DNA of 64,000 nt from an uncultured Gammaproteobacteria bacterium (GTDB lineage: Bacteria > Pseudomonadota > Gammaproteobacteria > UBA9214), in the NCBI GenBank assembly GCA_963748215.1, contig CAVVHS010000006.1, positions 960,001 through 1,024,000 of the forward strand. Direction: 5' to 3'. Position numbers and translations under genes: made by a program. Positions 45,176-58,481 of this stretch are shown one piece after another. The notes under the pieces are model-generated. The model worked only from the letters and a program-made list of their open reading frames with translations. It searched no databases and was not told where the DNA came from. Numbering within the stretch: position 1 is the stretch's first letter; each line of letters starts with the position of its first letter.

Positions 45176-46735
45176 TCAGTCAGTCGCCTCTGCGGCGAAC
45201 CAGGGCGCGCGCGCCGCCATGATCAGCGTACCGGCCCTTTCCTCATCCATGCCTTCGATATCCATCAGCTCGTCGACTGCCTGTTCCGCCAGGTCCTCCA
45301 TGGTGACCACGCCGCGCCCGGCCAGCTCGAAGGCCAGTGCCGAGTCCATGCCTTCCATGCTCAGCAAATCCTCGGCGGGCTCGGCATCACCCAGCTTCTC
45401 TTCTTTCATGATGGCCTGTGTCAGCAGCACGTCGCGCGCACGCCCGCGCAGCTCGTTGACCATGTCTTCATCGAATTCCTCGATGGCGAGCAGTTCGCTG
45501 TTGGGTACGTAGACGATCTCCTCGATGGTGGAAAAACCTTCCTGCACCAGGATGTCGGCAATTTCCTTGTCGACGTCGAGATGCTCGACGAACAGCTGCT
45601 GCAGACGATGCGCCTCGGCCTCGCTCTTCTCTTCCGCCTGCGCCTCGTCCATCACGTTCAGCACCCAGCCGGTCAGCTGGCTGGCCAGCCGCACGTTCTG
45701 CCCGGCGCGACCAATCGCCTGCGAAAGCTGGTCTTCGTTGACGGCGATATCCATGGTGTGTGTCTCTTCGTCGACCACGATGGACGCCACTTCCGCCGGC
45801 GACATGGCATTGATCACGAACTGCGCCGGATTGTCGTCCCACAGGATGATATCCACGCGCTCGCCGGACAGTTCCGTTGACACAGTCTGTACGCGCGAGC
45901 CACGCATGCCGACGCAGGCGCCGACCGGATCGATGCGCGGATCATTGCTCTTCACCGCGATCTTCGCCCGCAGGCCCGGGTCGCGGGCGGCGCCAAGGAT
46001 CTCGATCAGGCCCTGCCCGACCTCGGGCACTTCCAGCTTGAACAGCTCGAGCAGGAAATCCGGGGCCACGCGGCTGACGAACAGTTGCGGTCCACGCTGC
46101 TCCGAGCTGACCTCGCGCAGGTAGCCGCGCAGACGATCACCCGGCCGCACGGCCTCGCGCGGAATCATTTCCTCGCGCAGGATGATGGCCTCGGCATTGC
46201 TGCCCAGGTCCATGTAGACATTGCCGCGTTCGACACGCTTGACGATGCCGGTCACCAGTTCGCCCACGCGGTGCCTGTAGGCCTCAACCACCATGGCGCG
46301 TTCCGCCTCGCGCACCTTCTGCACGATCACCTGCTTGGCGGTCTGGGCGCCGATGCGGCCGAACTCGACATTGTCCATCGGTTCCTCAATCCAGGAACCG
46401 TGTTCCAGCGACGGGTCCATTTCCTTGGCGGCGGCCAGGGTGAACTGGCGCTCCGGCGCATCGAATACCAGCACGTCCTCGTCTGCCTCGGCATCAGCGG
46501 TCCCGGCCCCGGTCTCGGTCTCGGCCAGCGTCTCGTCGACGACCTGCCAGCGGCGGAAGGTCCGGTATTCCCCGGTCTTGCGGTCGATCTCGACGCGCGC
46601 GTCGAGATCGCCGGTCGCACGCTTGCGCGTTGCCGTCGCCAGCGCACTCTCGATGGCCTCGAAGATCACTTCCTTGTCGATACCCTTTTCATTGGATACC
46701 GTGTCCACGACCATCAGTATTTCTTTACTGTCCAT
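45176..46735 (-). CDS. nusA: Transcription termination factor NusA
   Basis: [18 protein letters not shown]1 and KH domains, GQNVRLAS, C-terminal acidic repeats ending ARAPWF. Confidence 0.98.
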   Translation of the reverse strand: MDSKEILMVVDTVSNEKGIDKEVIFEAIESALATATRKRATGDLDARVEIDRKTGEYRTFRRWQVVDETLAETETGAGTADAEADEDVLVFDAPERQFTLAAAKEMDPSLEHGSWIEEPMDNVEFGRIGAQTAKQVIVQKVREAERAMVVEAYRHRVGELVTGIVKRVERGNVYMDLGSNAEAIILREEMIPREAVRPGDRLRGYLREVSSEQRGPQLFVSRVAPDFLLELFKLEVPEVGQGLIEILGAARDPGLRAKIAVKSNDPRIDPVGACVGMRGSRVQTVSTELSGERVDIILWDDNPAQFVINAMSPAEVASIVVDEETHTMDIAVNEDQLSQAIGRAGQNVRLASQLTGWVLNVMDEAQAEEKSEAEAHRLQQLFVEHLDVDKEIADILVQEGFSTIEEIVYVPNSELLAIEEFDEDMVNELRGRARDVLLTQAIMKEEKLGDAEPAEDLLSMEGMDSALAFELAGRGVVTMEDLAEQAVDELMDIEGMDEERAGTLIMAARAPWFAAEATD

Positions 46736-46756
46736 TAACGACCTCCACGTGCCGCG

Positions 46757-47212
46757 TCAGTATTCGGGTACCAGACGCGCCTGTTCAATCTGTTCATAAG
46801 GCAGGCTGACCTGCTCTCCATCCTGTTCGATAACTACCGTGTCATCCTGCAAGCCCAGCAGACGTCCCTTGAACTTGCGCTGCCCCTCGAGCGGAAAACG
46901 CATGCGCACGCGCACATCATGTCCGGCAAAACGCTCGAAGTCCCGCGGCCGGAACAACAGCCGGTCGAGTCCGGGGGACGACACCTCCAGCGTGTAGTGC
47001 CCCGGTATCGGGTCCTCCACATCGAGCACACCGCTGACCTGGTAGCTGACGCGCTGGCAATCATCCGCGGAGATGCCATTCTCGCTGTCTATGTAGACAC
47101 GCAGCAGGCCACCAGCCTTGCCACCGTGGTATTCCACGCCGACCAGCTCGTAACCCATCGACCGGATACCCGGTTCCAGCATTTCGTCGATATGTAACGG
47201 ATCCTGCTTCAT
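46757..47212 (-). CDS. rimP: Ribosome maturation factor RimP
   Basis: LRVYID, DDC, LDVEDPI, YTLEVSSPGLDR. Confidence 0.95.
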   Translation of the reverse strand: MKQDPLHIDEMLEPGIRSMGYELVGVEYHGGKAGGLLRVYIDSENGISADDCQRVSYQVSGVLDVEDPIPGHYTLEVSSPGLDRLLFRPRDFERFAGHDVRVRMRFPLEGQRKFKGRLLGLQDDTVVIEQDGEQVSLPYEQIEQARLVPEY

Positions 47213-47372
47213 GCCGTTCTCCGGAAACAAAAAATGGGCCAAAGGCCCACTCCATGAACTCCGAAATTGTTCTTTCGGGAGTATAGCAAAATCCCATACT
47301 CCAGCCCAAACCTCACGCCGTGGAATCCGTTCCGGGCTACTCGAACCGTGTGACGGGTTCTGTCAACAAAAT

Positions 47373-47449
<77 letters not shown>

Positions 47450-47462
47450 TCAACGGCGATGA

Positions 47463-47491
47463 AGTGTAGCGACAGACTTGCACGTTTTCAA
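47463..47491 (-). promoter_or_regulatory. sigma70 promoter of tRNA-fMet/rimP-nusA-infB
   Basis: TTGAAA-N17-TACACT on the minus strand, 13 nt before the tRNA. Confidence 0.6.
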
Positions 47492-47611
47492 GAGTCAGCG
47501 AGCAAAAACCCAATGGAAATCAGCAGAAATCCTCTAAGGCCGCGATTATCCGAACGGAATCGGCCATTGCGGCCCGCAGCCCCGGCAGGGTGCGGGCCGG
47601 TTCTTCCCCGG

Positions 47612-48091
47612 CTATTTGCGTGGCACGTAGGCGAGATTCTTGTGCCAGAACTCGACCACGTAGTTGATCCGCGGATGGATCTTTTCCCGGAACTGGTTGA
47701 GATCGCACAGGTGCACCCAGCGGCACTCGATGATGCCCTCTTCCACCTGCGGGCGGACATCGTCGTTATGTCCGTTGTAATGCATCATGTACCAGTGGGT
47801 TTTCTTGAGGTATTTCTGCATGCCGTGGCGTGTGGTATGCCAGGTGGGCACCAGCTTGCCCGTGATCACGAGCTTCTCCTCTTTCAGGCCGGTCTCCTCG
47901 TGCACCTCGCGCAGTGCAGCCTTTTCGTAGCCGTCCGCCTCGACACGCCCCTTGGGCAAATCCCACTTGCCGCGCTTGAAGATCATGAGGATACAGTTGT
48001 CTTCGCTGCACACCAGTCCGCCCGCCGATTCGATCAATGGCAAGCCGATTGTGTCCTGCAGGTTGTACTTTTCGACAGTTTCGCTTGGCAT
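47612..48091 (-). CDS. NUDIX hydrolase
   Basis: Nudix box WDLPKGRVE...AALREVHEETG. Confidence 0.9.
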   Translation of the reverse strand: MPSETVEKYNLQDTIGLPLIESAGGLVCSEDNCILMIFKRGKWDLPKGRVEADGYEKAALREVHEETGLKEEKLVITGKLVPTWHTTRHGMQKYLKKTHWYMMHYNGHNDDVRPQVEEGIIECRWVHLCDLNQFREKIHPRINYVVEFWHKNLAYVPRK

Positions 48092-48313
48092 TGTCTATCC
48101 CGTCTGAGCGGTGCTTGCAGGGTTTCAGGGCAGGTGCATCTTACCAGCAATTTCCCGCCTGGCCGCCTTTTTTGTTGCCGGGGCGCTGGCGCTGGCTACA
48201 CGCCGCAGCCCGCAATGGCAGGCCCGGCCAGATTTAAATATCCTTATTACTTACAATCAGTTAACTACCAATGCGCCAGGATGCCCGATGCAGTCTCCAC
48301 GCGTCATGGATCG

Positions 48314-49750
48314 TCAGCTCAGTACGCTGTTGCAGAGGGCGAGCAGGCCACCCGGGAACAGCCCAAGACCGAGCACGGCGAGACCGTTTACGCTGACGAC
48401 GATACGCAGGTCGGTGTTGACCGCCAGCGGTGCGTCGGATTCCGGCGTGTCGAAGTACATGAGCTTGACGAGGCGGATGTAGTAGAAGGCCCCGACGATG
48501 GAGAAGGCAACCGCGACCAGTGCCAGCCACAGCATGTCGACGTTGATCACGGCCTGCAGCACGGACAGCTTGGCGTAGAAACCCACCGTCGGCGGCACGC
48601 CGGCCATCGAGAACATCAGGATCAGCATCATCAGCGCGAACCACGGGCTGCGGTCGTTCAGGCCCTTGAAATCATCCAGGCTGTCGGCCTCGTAACCGGC
48701 CCGGCTCAGCAGGATGATAATGCCGAAGCTGCCGATCGCCATCAGCGCGTAGGTGATGGCGTAGAACATGGCGGCGGAATAGCCCTGCGCGGTCCCCGCC
48801 AGGATTCCCAGCAGCAGGAAGCCGACATGCGAGATGGTCGAATAGGCCAGCATGCGCTTCAGGTTGGTCTGCGCGATGGCGACCACGTTGCCGATGGCCA
48901 GCGAAAGCACGGACAGGATCGCCAGCATGCCCTGCCAGTCAACCACCAGCCCGCCCAGCGTCTCGGCCAGCAGGCGCATGGCCATGGCGAAGGCGGCGAT
49001 CTTCGGTGCACTGCCGATGAACAGGGTCACCGCCGTCGGCGCACCGTGGTAGACGTCCGGCACCCACATGTGGAAAGGCACGGCGCCGAATTTGAAGGCA
49101 AGGCCAACCACGATAAAGCATAACCCGAACACCAGGATCATCCCCTTGTCCTGCGTGTCGCCGATCACCGTCGCGATGCGGGTGATATCCAGGCTGCCGG
49201 TCGCGCCGTAGATCATGGACATGCCGTACAGCAGCATGCCGGAGGCCAGCGCACCGAGCACAAAATACTTCATCGCCGCCTCGGAGGCCGGCGCGGAGTC
49301 ACGGTCGAAGGCCACCATCGCGTACAGCGACAGCGACAGCAGTTCCAGCCCGAGATAGATCGTCAGCAGGCTGTGCGCCGACACCATCACCTGCATGCCC
49401 AGCACCGCGAACAGCCCCAGCACGTAGTACTCGCCGCGCAGGGCGCCCTGGGTGGTCAGGTAGCTGCGCGCATAGGCAAAGGCGCCGACCACCACCAGGA
49501 AGATGCTGGTCTTGAGCAGCGCCGCCATCGGGTCGTGAACGAACATGTCGCCCAGCGCCAGGGTGCGCCCGGTATCCAGCGTGCCGGCGCTGATCAGGGC
49601 GGCGGCCAGCAGGGTCAGCTGGGCCAGCACGTAGCTGAGCTGCGGCCGGCGCTGGCCGAAGAAGGCCTCCAGCACCAGGATGGCGCAGGCCATGCAGAGC
49701 ACGAACACCTCGGGCAGGAACAGCGCGAATTCGTTCAGCGGAATAGTCAT
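48314..49750 (-). CDS. nuoN: NADH-quinone oxidoreductase subunit N
   Basis: [38 protein letters not shown]; alternative GTG start at 49759. Confidence 0.96.
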   Translation of the reverse strand: MTIPLNEFALFLPEVFVLCMACAILVLEAFFGQRRPQLSYVLAQLTLLAAALISAGTLDTGRTLALGDMFVHDPMAALLKTSIFLVVVGAFAYARSYLTTQGALRGEYYVLGLFAVLGMQVMVSAHSLLTIYLGLELLSLSLYAMVAFDRDSAPASEAAMKYFVLGALASGMLLYGMSMIYGATGSLDITRIATVIGDTQDKGMILVFGLCFIVVGLAFKFGAVPFHMWVPDVYHGAPTAVTLFIGSAPKIAAFAMAMRLLAETLGGLVVDWQGMLAILSVLSLAIGNVVAIAQTNLKRMLAYSTISHVGFLLLGILAGTAQGYSAAMFYAITYALMAIGSFGIIILLSRAGYEADSLDDFKGLNDRSPWFALMMLILMFSMAGVPPTVGFYAKLSVLQAVINVDMLWLALVAVAFSIVGAFYYIRLVKLMYFDTPESDAPLAVNTDLRIVVSVNGLAVLGLGLFPGGLLALCNSVLS

Positions 49751-49760
49751 CGTTTTCACC

Positions 49761-51318
49761 TCAGGGCCGTATCGCCTGCAGCAGCGCCACCCCGGTTTCG
49801 GCGGGCGGCAGCTTGCTCACGGACAGGTGCAGCAACAGGTTGTCGACGCTGGCATGCATCACCTCGACCAGCGGCGCCGGCCACAGGCCGAACAGCAGCA
49901 CGACCACCGCCAGGCTGCCTAGAATGAAAGTCTCGCGGCCATTGATGTCCTGTAGCTGGCGGACATCGTCATTGGCGACATCGCCGAACACCACGCGCTT
50001 GACCATCCACAGGGTGTAGGCGGCACCGAGGATCAGCGTCGTGGCGGCCAGGAAGCGCGAACCAGAAGTTCGCCTTGAAGCTGGCCAGGATCACCATGAA
50101 CTCGCCGACGAAACCGGAGGTGCCGGGCAGGCCCGCGTTGGCCATGGCGAACAGCACCATGAAGGCGGCGAACACCGGCATGGTATTGACCACGCCGCCG
50201 TAGTCGCTGATCTCGCGGCTGTGCACGCGGTCATACAGCACGCCGACACACAGGAACAGCGCGCCGGAGATGAAGCCGTGCGAAATCATCTGCACCATGC
50301 CGCCTTCCATGCCGAGCGCGGCGCCCTCGACGGAGCCGGTGTTGTCCAGCAGTGTGAACACGAGGAAGATGCCGAGGGTCACGAACCCCATGTGCGCGAT
50401 CGACGAGTAGGCAATCAGCTTCTTCATGTCGCTCTGCACCAGCGCGACGAAGCCGATGTAGACCACCGCGACCAGCGACATGAGGATGATCAGCCAGTCG
50501 AGCTCGTGGCTGGCATCCGGCGTGATCGGCAGGCTGAAGCGCAGGAATCCGTAGCCACCGATCTTCAGCATGATCGCGGCCAGGATCACCGAGCCGCCGG
50601 TCGGCGCCTCGACGTGCGCGTCCGGCAGCCAGGTGTGCACCGGCCACATCGGCACCTTCACGGCAAACGCCATCAGGAAGGCCAGGAAGATCAGCATCTG
50701 CTCGGTCATGCCCAGCGGCAGCAGGTGGAAATCGAGGATGCTGAAGCTGCCGGACTGCAGGTACATGTAGATCAGCGCGACCAGCATGAACACCGAACCG
50801 AGGAAGGTGTAGAGGAAGAACTTGATGGTGGCGTAGACGCGCCGCGGCCCGCCCCAGACGCCGATGATGAGGAACATCGGGATCAGCATCGCCTCCCAGA
50901 ACACGTAGAACAGCATCGCATCCAGCGCCGCGAACACGCCGATCATCAGGCCTTCCATGATCAGGAAGGCGGCCATGTACTGCGCGGTCTTGTCCTTGAT
51001 CACCTCCCAGCCGGCCAGCACCACCAGCACCGTCGTGAACGTGGTCAGGATGATCAGCGGCATGGAGATACCGTCGACGCCGAGGTGATAGTTGACATTG
51101 AAGGCGGCGATCCAGGGGATGATTTCCTGGAACTGCATCGCGGCCGTGCTGGTTTCGAAGCCGATATAGAGCGGAACGCTGAGGATGAAGGTCAGCACGG
51201 ACACGACCAGGGCCATCTCGCGACAGGCCTTGTTGCCCAGCGCGTCCATCACCAGCAAGGCGGCGCCTCCGGCGATCGGCAACCAGATCAGCAGACTCAG
51301 TAGCGGGTAATCGATCAT
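49761..51318 (-). CDS. nuoM: NADH-quinone oxidoreductase subunit M (+1 frameshift near 50055)
   Basis: [39 protein letters not shown]; C-terminus continues in the next frame. Confidence 0.95.
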
Positions 51319-53301
51319 GCCGCTGCCCCCGTTGTGCGGAACACGAACCAGAACAGCATCAGCAGCAGGCCGATGATCATGCTGAAGGCATAGGTGTAGA
51401 GATGCCCGGTCTGGATACGGCGCACGACGCCGGCAGTCCAGCCCACCACGCGCGCACTGCCGTTGACGATCAGCCCGTCGATCAGCACCACGTCACCGAC
51501 ACGCCACAGCAACTGGCCGAGACCGCGGGCGCCGCCGGCGAACACGACCTCGTTGAAATCGTCCGCGTAGTACTTGTTGACCAGCAACTGGTAGATACCC
51601 TTGAAACGCTGCCGGACATCGTCAGCCAGCTGCGGGTTCTTCATGTAGATGTACCAGGCCACGGCGACGCCGGCGATGGCCAGGTAGATGGCCGGGCCGC
51701 CGAAGGCGTGCAGCACGAAGCTGGCCGGGCCGTGATAATGCTCCGCCATCGCGGCCAGCACGTCGTGGTTCGCGGCGACATGAATCACGCCGTTGAACCA
51801 GTCGCCGAATACCACCGGGTCGATCAGGTAGCCGGCCAGCACCGACGGAATCGCCAGCATGATCAGCGGCACGGTCACCACCCAGGGCGTTTCGTGCAGG
51901 TGTTCGCGGGTATGGTCATCCATGCGCGGCTCGCCGTGGAACACCAGGAAGTACAGGCGGAAGCTGTACAGCGCGGTGACGAATACGCCGGCCAGCACGG
52001 CCACGTACACGCACGCCCGCATACTGGCAGGTGCGAGTGATGCACGGCCTCGATAATGGTGTCCTTGGAGAAGAAGCCGGAGAAGAATGGCGTGCCGATC
52101 AGCGCCAGCGAGCCGACCAGGAACGTGATCCAGGTGATCGGCATGTACTTGCGCAGCCCGCCCATCTTGCGGATGTCCTGCTCGTGGTGCATGGCGATGA
52201 TCACCGAGCCGGCGGCGAGGAACAGCAGCGCCTTGAAGAAGGCATGCGTCATCAGGTGGAAGATACCGGCCGCATAGGCCGAGACGCCCAGCGCCACGGT
52301 CATGTAACCGAGCTGCGACAGCGTCGAATAGGCCACCACGCGCTTGATGTCGTTCTGCACGATGCCGAGGAAACCCATGAACAGCGCGGTGATGGCGCCG
52401 ATCACCAGCACGAAGACCAGCGCCGTCTCGGACAGCTCGAACAGCGGCGACATGCGCGCCACCATGAAGATGCCGGCGGTCACCATGGTGGCCGCGTGGA
52501 TCAGCGCCGAGATCGGGGTCGGGCCTTCCATGGAATCCGGCAGCCAGACATGCAGCGGCACCTGCGCGGACTTGCCCATGGCGCCGATGAACAGCAGGAT
52601 GCAGATCACCGTCATCAGCGACCAGTCGACGCCGGGGATGACCTGGTACATGGTGCCCTGCTCCGCGGGCGCGGCGGCGAACACCGTCGGCGTAGTCGAG
52701 GCTGTCGAAGGTCGCATCAGATAGCCGCGATGCCGAGCAGGAAACCGAAGTCGCCGACCCGGTTGACCAGGAAGGCCTTCAGGTTGGCGTAGATCGCGCG
52801 TCGGCCGCGTGTACCAGAAACCGATCAGCAGGTAGGACACCAGGCCGACCGCCTCCCAGCCGAAGAACAGCTGCAGGAAGTTGTTGGACATCACCAGCAT
52901 CAGCATGGAGAAGGTAAACAGCGCGATGTAGCTGAAGAAGCGCTGGTAACCCGGGTCGTCCTGCATGTAGCCGATGGTGTAGATATGCACCATCAGCGAG
53001 ACGAAGGTGACCACGGTCATCATCAGCGCCGTCAGCTGGTCGATCAGGAAGCCGATCTCGAAACGCACACCCTCCGTCACCATCCAGGTGTAGACCGTGC
53101 CGTTGCAGGGCTCGGCGCCGCCGAAGGCGAACTGCCTGAGCACCACCAGCGACAGCACGAAGGACGTCGCCACGCCGAGAATGGTGACCGTAGTGCGCCC
53201 CGGCACGGCCGATCGAGCGGCCGAACAGGCCGGCGAATGATGGCACCCAGCAGCGGCGCCAGCGGGATGGCAAGGTAGATCATTTTGCTGACACCGTTCA
53301 T
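51315..53301 (-). CDS. nuoL: NADH-quinone oxidoreductase subunit L (multiple frameshifts)
   Basis: GWEAVGLVSYLLIGFW, GKSAQVPLHVWLPDSMEGPTP, THAFFKALLF found across ORF fragments. Confidence 0.93.
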
Positions 53302-53305
53302 GCCG

Positions 53306-53611
53306 TTACCCCTTCAGTGTATCCAGGTCCTCGACGTTGATGGTCCGGCGGTTGCGGAACAGCACGACCAGGATCGCCAGGCCGATGGCGGCCTCGGCGG
53401 CCGCCACGGTCAGGATGAAGAACACGAAGACCTGCCCCGCCGTGTCACCGAGAAAATGCGAAAACGCGATGAAGTTCATGTTCACCGCCAGCAGCATCAG
53501 CTCGATGGACATCAGCAGGATGATGACGTTCTTGCGGTTCAGGAAGATGCCCGCGACGCTCAGCGCGAACAGGATCGCCGCCAGTATCAGGTAGTCGGAT
53601 AACGCAATCAT
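53306..53611 (-). CDS. nuoK: NADH-quinone oxidoreductase subunit K
   Basis: [30 protein letters not shown], ends LKG. Confidence 0.96.
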   Translation of the reverse strand: MIALSDYLILAAILFALSVAGIFLNRKNVIILLMSIELMLLAVNMNFIAFSHFLGDTAGQVFVFFILTVAAAEAAIGLAILVVLFRNRRTINVEDLDTLKG

Positions 53612-53644
53612 TTCATGACGCCCTGGCCATTGCTGGCATATTTT

Positions 53645-53793
53645 TCTCGCGCAAAGTTGCAAACACGCCAAGGGTCACTGCGCACGGAAACAAGGCCTTT
53701 GCTGAAAACCGTCAGGTCCGTCTTGTCGAAATTGCCTGCCATAATTGTATCCATAATCTGGTTATTTCTTTGCGCCTTGGCGTCTTTGCGCGA
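53645..53793. repeat. Intergenic insert between nuoJ and nuoK bounded by TCGCGCAAAG-family inverted repeats
   Basis: 53645-53673 and 53766-53793 are inverted; the latter matches the copy at 3668-3695 at 27 of 28 nt. Confidence 0.72.
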
Positions 53794-53814
53794 TTTACTT
53801 TTCCTCTATTGGCT

Positions 53815-54421
53815 TTACTGCTTTTCCTCGGTCTTCATGCTGACCAGCCGCACGCGGTCGGCGCGCTTCACACTGACCTGCTGCGACGGGTCCTGGTACT
53901 TCGTTTCCGGGCGTTTGCGCATGGTCAGGGCAATGGCGGCGATAATCGCCACCAGCAGGATCACCGCGGCGATCTCGAACGGGTACACGTAATCGGTATA
54001 CAGCACGCTGCCGAGTTCACGGATGTTGCTGTAGCCCTCCCCGTGGCGTGCAGGAATGGCCACCACGTCGCTGCCGAAATGCTTCGCGCCGACCACCATG
54101 AACATCTCGGCGAAAATCAGCAGCGCCACCGTCGCGCCGAGCGGCAGGTAGCGCACGAATCCCTCGCGCAATCGGCGAGGTGTTGATATCGAGCATCATC
54201 ACCACGAACAGGAACAGCACCATGACCGCGCCGACATAGACCAGCACCAGCGCGATGGCGAGGAACTCGGCCTCCAGCAGCAGCCACAGGCCGGCGCAGG
54301 TGAAAAACGCCAGCACCAGGTACAGCGCCGCATGCACCGGGTTGCGCACGGTGATCACACGCCCGGCGGCGAACACCAGGATGGCGGCGAAGATATAGAA
54401 GATGATGCGTTCGTAATCCAT
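53815..54421 (-). CDS. nuoJ: NADH-quinone oxidoreductase subunit J (+1 frameshift near 54172)
   Basis: [47 protein letters not shown]. Confidence 0.94.
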
Positions 54422-54911
54422 CAGCGGTACCTCGCATCCTGTTTCCGGTCGGCGGCAATCTGCGCCTCGTACTTGTCGCCGATGGCCAGCAGCATTTCCT
54501 TGGTCATGATGTTCTCGCCGCGGTTCTCGAAGTGATATTCGAATATCGCGCGTCTCGACAATGGAATCGACCGGGCAGGACTCCTCGCAAAAACCGCAGT
54601 AGATGCACTTGAACAGGTCGATGTCGTAGCGCGTGGTGCGGCGCGTGCCGTCGGCGCGCTGCCTCCGCCTCGATGGTGATCGCCAGCGCCGGGCATACCG
54701 CCTCGCACAGCTTGCAGGCGATGCAGCGCTCCTCGCCGTTCGGATAGCGGCGCAGCGCATGCAGGCCGCGGAAGCGGTGCGACTGCGGGGTCTTCTCCTC
54801 CGGGTACTGCACCGTGATCTTGCGCGCGAACAGGTAGCGCCCGGTCAGGCGCATGCCCTGGATCAGTTCCCAGAGGAAAAGACTTTTCAGAAAGCTGGTA
54901 AACCCGTCCAT
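54421..54911 (-). CDS. nuoI: NADH-quinone oxidoreductase subunit I (frameshifts near 54662 and 54547)
   Basis: [19 protein letters not shown] and [13 protein letters not shown] 4Fe-4S motifs in adjacent frames. Confidence 0.94.
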
Positions 54912-54926
54912 TGCTGCGCGCCTCCC

Positions 54927-56071
54927 TCAGTCGAACCACGGGGCGATGTTCAGCACCACCGCGGCGCCTTCCACCACCATCCAGACGATGGTGATCGGAA
55001 TGAACACCTTCCAGCCCAGGCGCATGATCTGGTCGTAGCGGTAGCGCGGAAAGGTGGCGCGGAACCACAGGAAGAACAGCAGGAACAGCGAGGTCTTCGC
55101 GCAACAGCCAGTAGAATGCCCGGCAGCCCAGGCCGGATACCGGTCGTCCAGACCGTCGGCATGACCCTGGAACGGCGACAGCCAGCCGCCGAGGAACATC
55201 AGTGCGGTCAGCGCCGCGATCAGGATCATGTTGGCGTACTCGGCGAGGAAGAACACCGCGAAGGCCATGCCGGAATACTCGACGTGGAAACCGGCGACGA
55301 TTTCCGACTCGCCCTCGGCGACGTCGAACGGCGCGCGGTTGGTCTCCGCCACGCCGGAGATGAAGTACACCAGGAACAGCGGCAGCAGCGGCAACCAGAA
55401 CCAGTGCAGCACGCTGCCCTGCTGCGCCTGCACGATTTCACCCAGGTTCAGGCTGCCGCCGGCCATCAGCACGCCGACCAGCGCGAAGCCCATGGCGATT
55501 TCGTAGGACGACGATCTGCGCCGCCGAGCGCATGGCGCCGAGGAAGGCGTATTTCGAGTTCGACGCCCAGCCGGCGATGATGACGCCGTAGACGCCGACC
55601 GAGGTCAGCGCCAGGATATACAGCAGGCCGGCATCGATGTTGGCCAGCACCAGCGTCATCGGTGAACGGCATCACCGCCCAGGCGGCCAGCGCCGGCGCG
55701 ATGGACAGCATCGGCGCGACGATGAACAGGAAACGGTTGGCGTTGGTCGGGACGATGATTTCCTTGATCAGCAGCTTGAGGGCGTCGGCAATCGGCTGCA
55801 GCCAGCCGCGCGGTCCGACCCGGTTCGGCCCGATGCGCACCTGCATGTAGCCGATGATCTTGCGCTCGGCGAAGGTCAGGTAGGCCACGCCCAGCATCAG
55901 CGGCACCAGGATCAGCACGATTTTCACCAGCGAATACAGTACCGCACTGCCCTTGATGAAATCCCAGTAATGCACACCGAGCATGACGGCGGCCGCACCC
56001 GCAACTGCCAGCACCAGCAGCGTGACGACCCAGTGTCCCGTGTAGGATTTTTTCAGTGTGGTCTCGTTCAT
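54927..56071 (-). CDS. nuoH: NADH-quinone oxidoreductase subunit H (multiple frameshifts)
   Basis: [48 protein letters not shown]. Confidence 0.94.
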
Positions 56072-56081
56072 GGCCGCGTGC

Positions 56082-58481
56082 TCACACCCGTTCGATAGTG
56101 ACCGGCCCGAAGGCCGCACCCAGCGAGGCCGCGGCCACGGTACCGGCCTGGATCCAGAGGCAACCGTCGGCCACGCGCTCATCGATGCAGACATCCATCA
56201 CCTTGCTGGCGTCACCCTGCGTGACGGTCACGGTGAAGCCATCGCGCACACCGGCAAGTTCCGCCTGGCGTGAGTTGAGGTGTACCAGGGCGGCCGATCC
56301 GGCATCCGGCGTCATCTGCAATGCCGCGGCACGCCGCACCAGTGCATCGGCCGAGTTGATCGCCACGTCGCCGATACGCTCCAGGCCGTCGCCGGTCTGC
56401 CCGGTCGCGACCGGGCCCGGCGGCTGCGTATTGTCCAGGTTGAGGGTGCCGGCCTGTCCCAGCAGCGTATCGCGGACCTCCTCGCTGCTGTTCTGCCCGA
56501 AGCCATCCAGCCCGAACTGGTTACCGAGCACGCGCAGCACCTTCCAGCCGGGGCGACTGTCGCCCACCGGGCTGGCCACGCCGCTGAAACTCTGCCAGCG
56601 GCCCTCGGCATTGATGAAGGTGCCGGAGGTCTCGGTGAAGGGACCGATCGGCAGCAGTACGTCGGCAACTTCCTGCATGGCCTCGCTGGCCCACGGGCTG
56701 ATGGAGACCACGAAACCAGCCGCATTCATGGCCTCTAAGGCCTGCGCCGGATCGTTGCAGTCATGCGCCGGCTCGACGTTGAACAGCAGGTAGGCCTGGC
56801 GCGGATTCGCCAGCATCGACTGCGCATCGAGGCCCGGCGTCTTGACGCGGCTGCCGGCGGGTCCGCGGTGCGGCAGCGCGCCGGCCAGCCAGGCGCCGGT
56901 GCTGTTGGCAGCCTCCGGCAGGATGCCCAGCACGGCATCGCTGTGTTGCGCGATCACGCCGGCCAGCGCCTTGAGCAATGCATACTGCGGGTGTGCGCCG
57001 GCGACCGCGCCCAGCAGCACGGTGGCATGGGCGGCACCGCGCAGCGCGGCGGCCATGGCGCGCTGCGTGTCGTCCGGGCTGGCGGCGGTGATGGCGGCCC
57101 TGACGTCTGCGGCAGCATCCCGGCCGGCATCCGGATAGCAGGCCGCGATCCCGGCCAGCGTGGCGACCAGTCGCGACGGCGCTGTTATGGCCTTCGCATG
57201 CACGGGGAACAGGAATTCGTAATCGACCGGGTTGACGAACATGACCTCTGCGCCATTCAGCGCGGCCTTGCGCAGGCGGTGACCGGCCAGCGGCAGGTCC
57301 TTGCGGATATTCGAGCCGATCACCAGCGCGGCCGACACGCTTTCCAGTCCGGCCAGCGACTGTCCCAGCGTCGGGCACAGCGGCGCCTGCTCCTGGTCGC
57401 AGAAGTCCGCCTGGCGCAGGCGGTGATCGATATTGTTGACGCCGATGCCGCGCGCGACGGCCTGCAGCAGTGACAGTTCCTCCAGCGTTGCGGTCGCTGA
57501 GGCCAGCACGCCGACCTGCTCCGCGCCGCTGCTGTTGATCACGCCGCGCACGCCGTCGACGACGGCCTGCAGTGCGCTTTCCCAGTCGGTGCGCTGCCAG
57601 TTGCCGTCGACCCTGATCATCGGCTCGCTCACGCGGTCCGCGCTGTACAGGCCCTCGTAGCTGAAGCGGTCGCGGTCGGACAGCCACACCTCGTTGACCG
57701 CCTCGTTTTCGCGCGGCACCACGCGCATCACCTGGCCACGCCGGGTGTGCACGAAAATATTCGAGCCGATGGCATCGTGCGGTGCGATGGTGGCGTGCTG
57801 CTGCAATTCCCAGGCGCGCGCCTTGAAGCGGAACGGGCGCGAGGTGAGCGCACCGACCGGGCAGACATCGATCACGTTGCCGGACAGCTCGGACTCCAGC
57901 GAGGTCTCGATATAGGTGCCGATTTCCATGTTCTCGCCGCGCCCGGTCGCGCCGAGTTCCATCTTGCCGGCCACCTCGCGCAGCATGCGGATACAGCGCG
58001 TGCAGTGGATGCAGCGCGTCATGTCGGTGGCGATCAGCGGGCCGATATACTTGTCCTGGACCACGCGCTTCTTTTCGGCGAAGCGCGAGATATCACGGCC
58101 GTAGCCCAGCGCCAGGTCCTGCAATTCGCATTCGCCGCCCTGGTCGCAGATCGGACAGTCCAGCGGGTGATTGATGAGCAGGAATTCCATCACCGCCTTC
58201 TGCGCGCCGGTCGCGATGTCCGAGCGGGTGAAGACCTTCATGCCCTCGGTAACCGGGGTGGCGCAGGCCGGCAGCGGTTTCGGCACCTTCTCGACCTCGA
58301 CCATGCACATGCGGCAGTTGGCCGCGATCGACAGCTTCTTGTGATAGCAGAAACGCGGTATCGGGATGCCGGCGGCGTCGGCCACCTCGATGATCATGGC
58401 GCCCTTGCGTGCCTTGAACGGCTTGCCATCGATCTCGATACTGACGAGATCCTCTGCCGGGATTTCGGCTTGCGCGCTCAT
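56082..58481 (-). CDS. nuoG: NADH-quinone oxidoreductase subunit G
   Basis: FCYH...[39 protein letters not shown]. Confidence 0.97.
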   Translation of the reverse strand: MSAQAEIPAEDLVSIEIDGKPFKARKGAMIIEVADAAGIPIPRFCYHKKLSIAANCRMCMVEVEKVPKPLPACATPVTEGMKVFTRSDIATGAQKAVMEFLLINHPLDCPICDQGGECELQDLALGYGRDISRFAEKKRVVQDKYIGPLIATDMTRCIHCTRCIRMLREVAGKMELGATGRGENMEIGTYIETSLESELSGNVIDVCPVGALTSRPFRFKARAWELQQHATIAPHDAIGSNIFVHTRRGQVMRVVPRENEAVNEVWLSDRDRFSYEGLYSADRVSEPMIRVDGNWQRTDWESALQAVVDGVRGVINSSGAEQVGVLASATATLEELSLLQAVARGIGVNNIDHRLRQADFCDQEQAPLCPTLGQSLAGLESVSAALVIGSNIRKDLPLAGHRLRKAALNGAEVMFVNPVDYEFLFPVHAKAITAPSRLVATLAGIAACYPDAGRDAAADVRAAITAASPDDTQRAMAAALRGAAHATVLLGAVAGAHPQYALLKALAGVIAQHSDAVLGILPEAANSTGAWLAGALPHRGPAGSRVKTPGLDAQSMLANPRQAYLLFNVEPAHDCNDPAQALEAMNAAGFVVSISPWASEAMQEVADVLLPIGPFTETSGTFINAEGRWQSFSGVASPVGDSRPGWKVLRVLGNQFGLDGFGQNSSEEVRDTLLGQAGTLNLDNTQPPGPVATGQTGDGLERIGDVAINSADALVRRAAALQMTPDAGSAALVHLNSRQAELAGVRDGFTVTVTQGDASKVMDVCIDERVADGCLWIQAGTVAAASLGAAFGPVTIERV

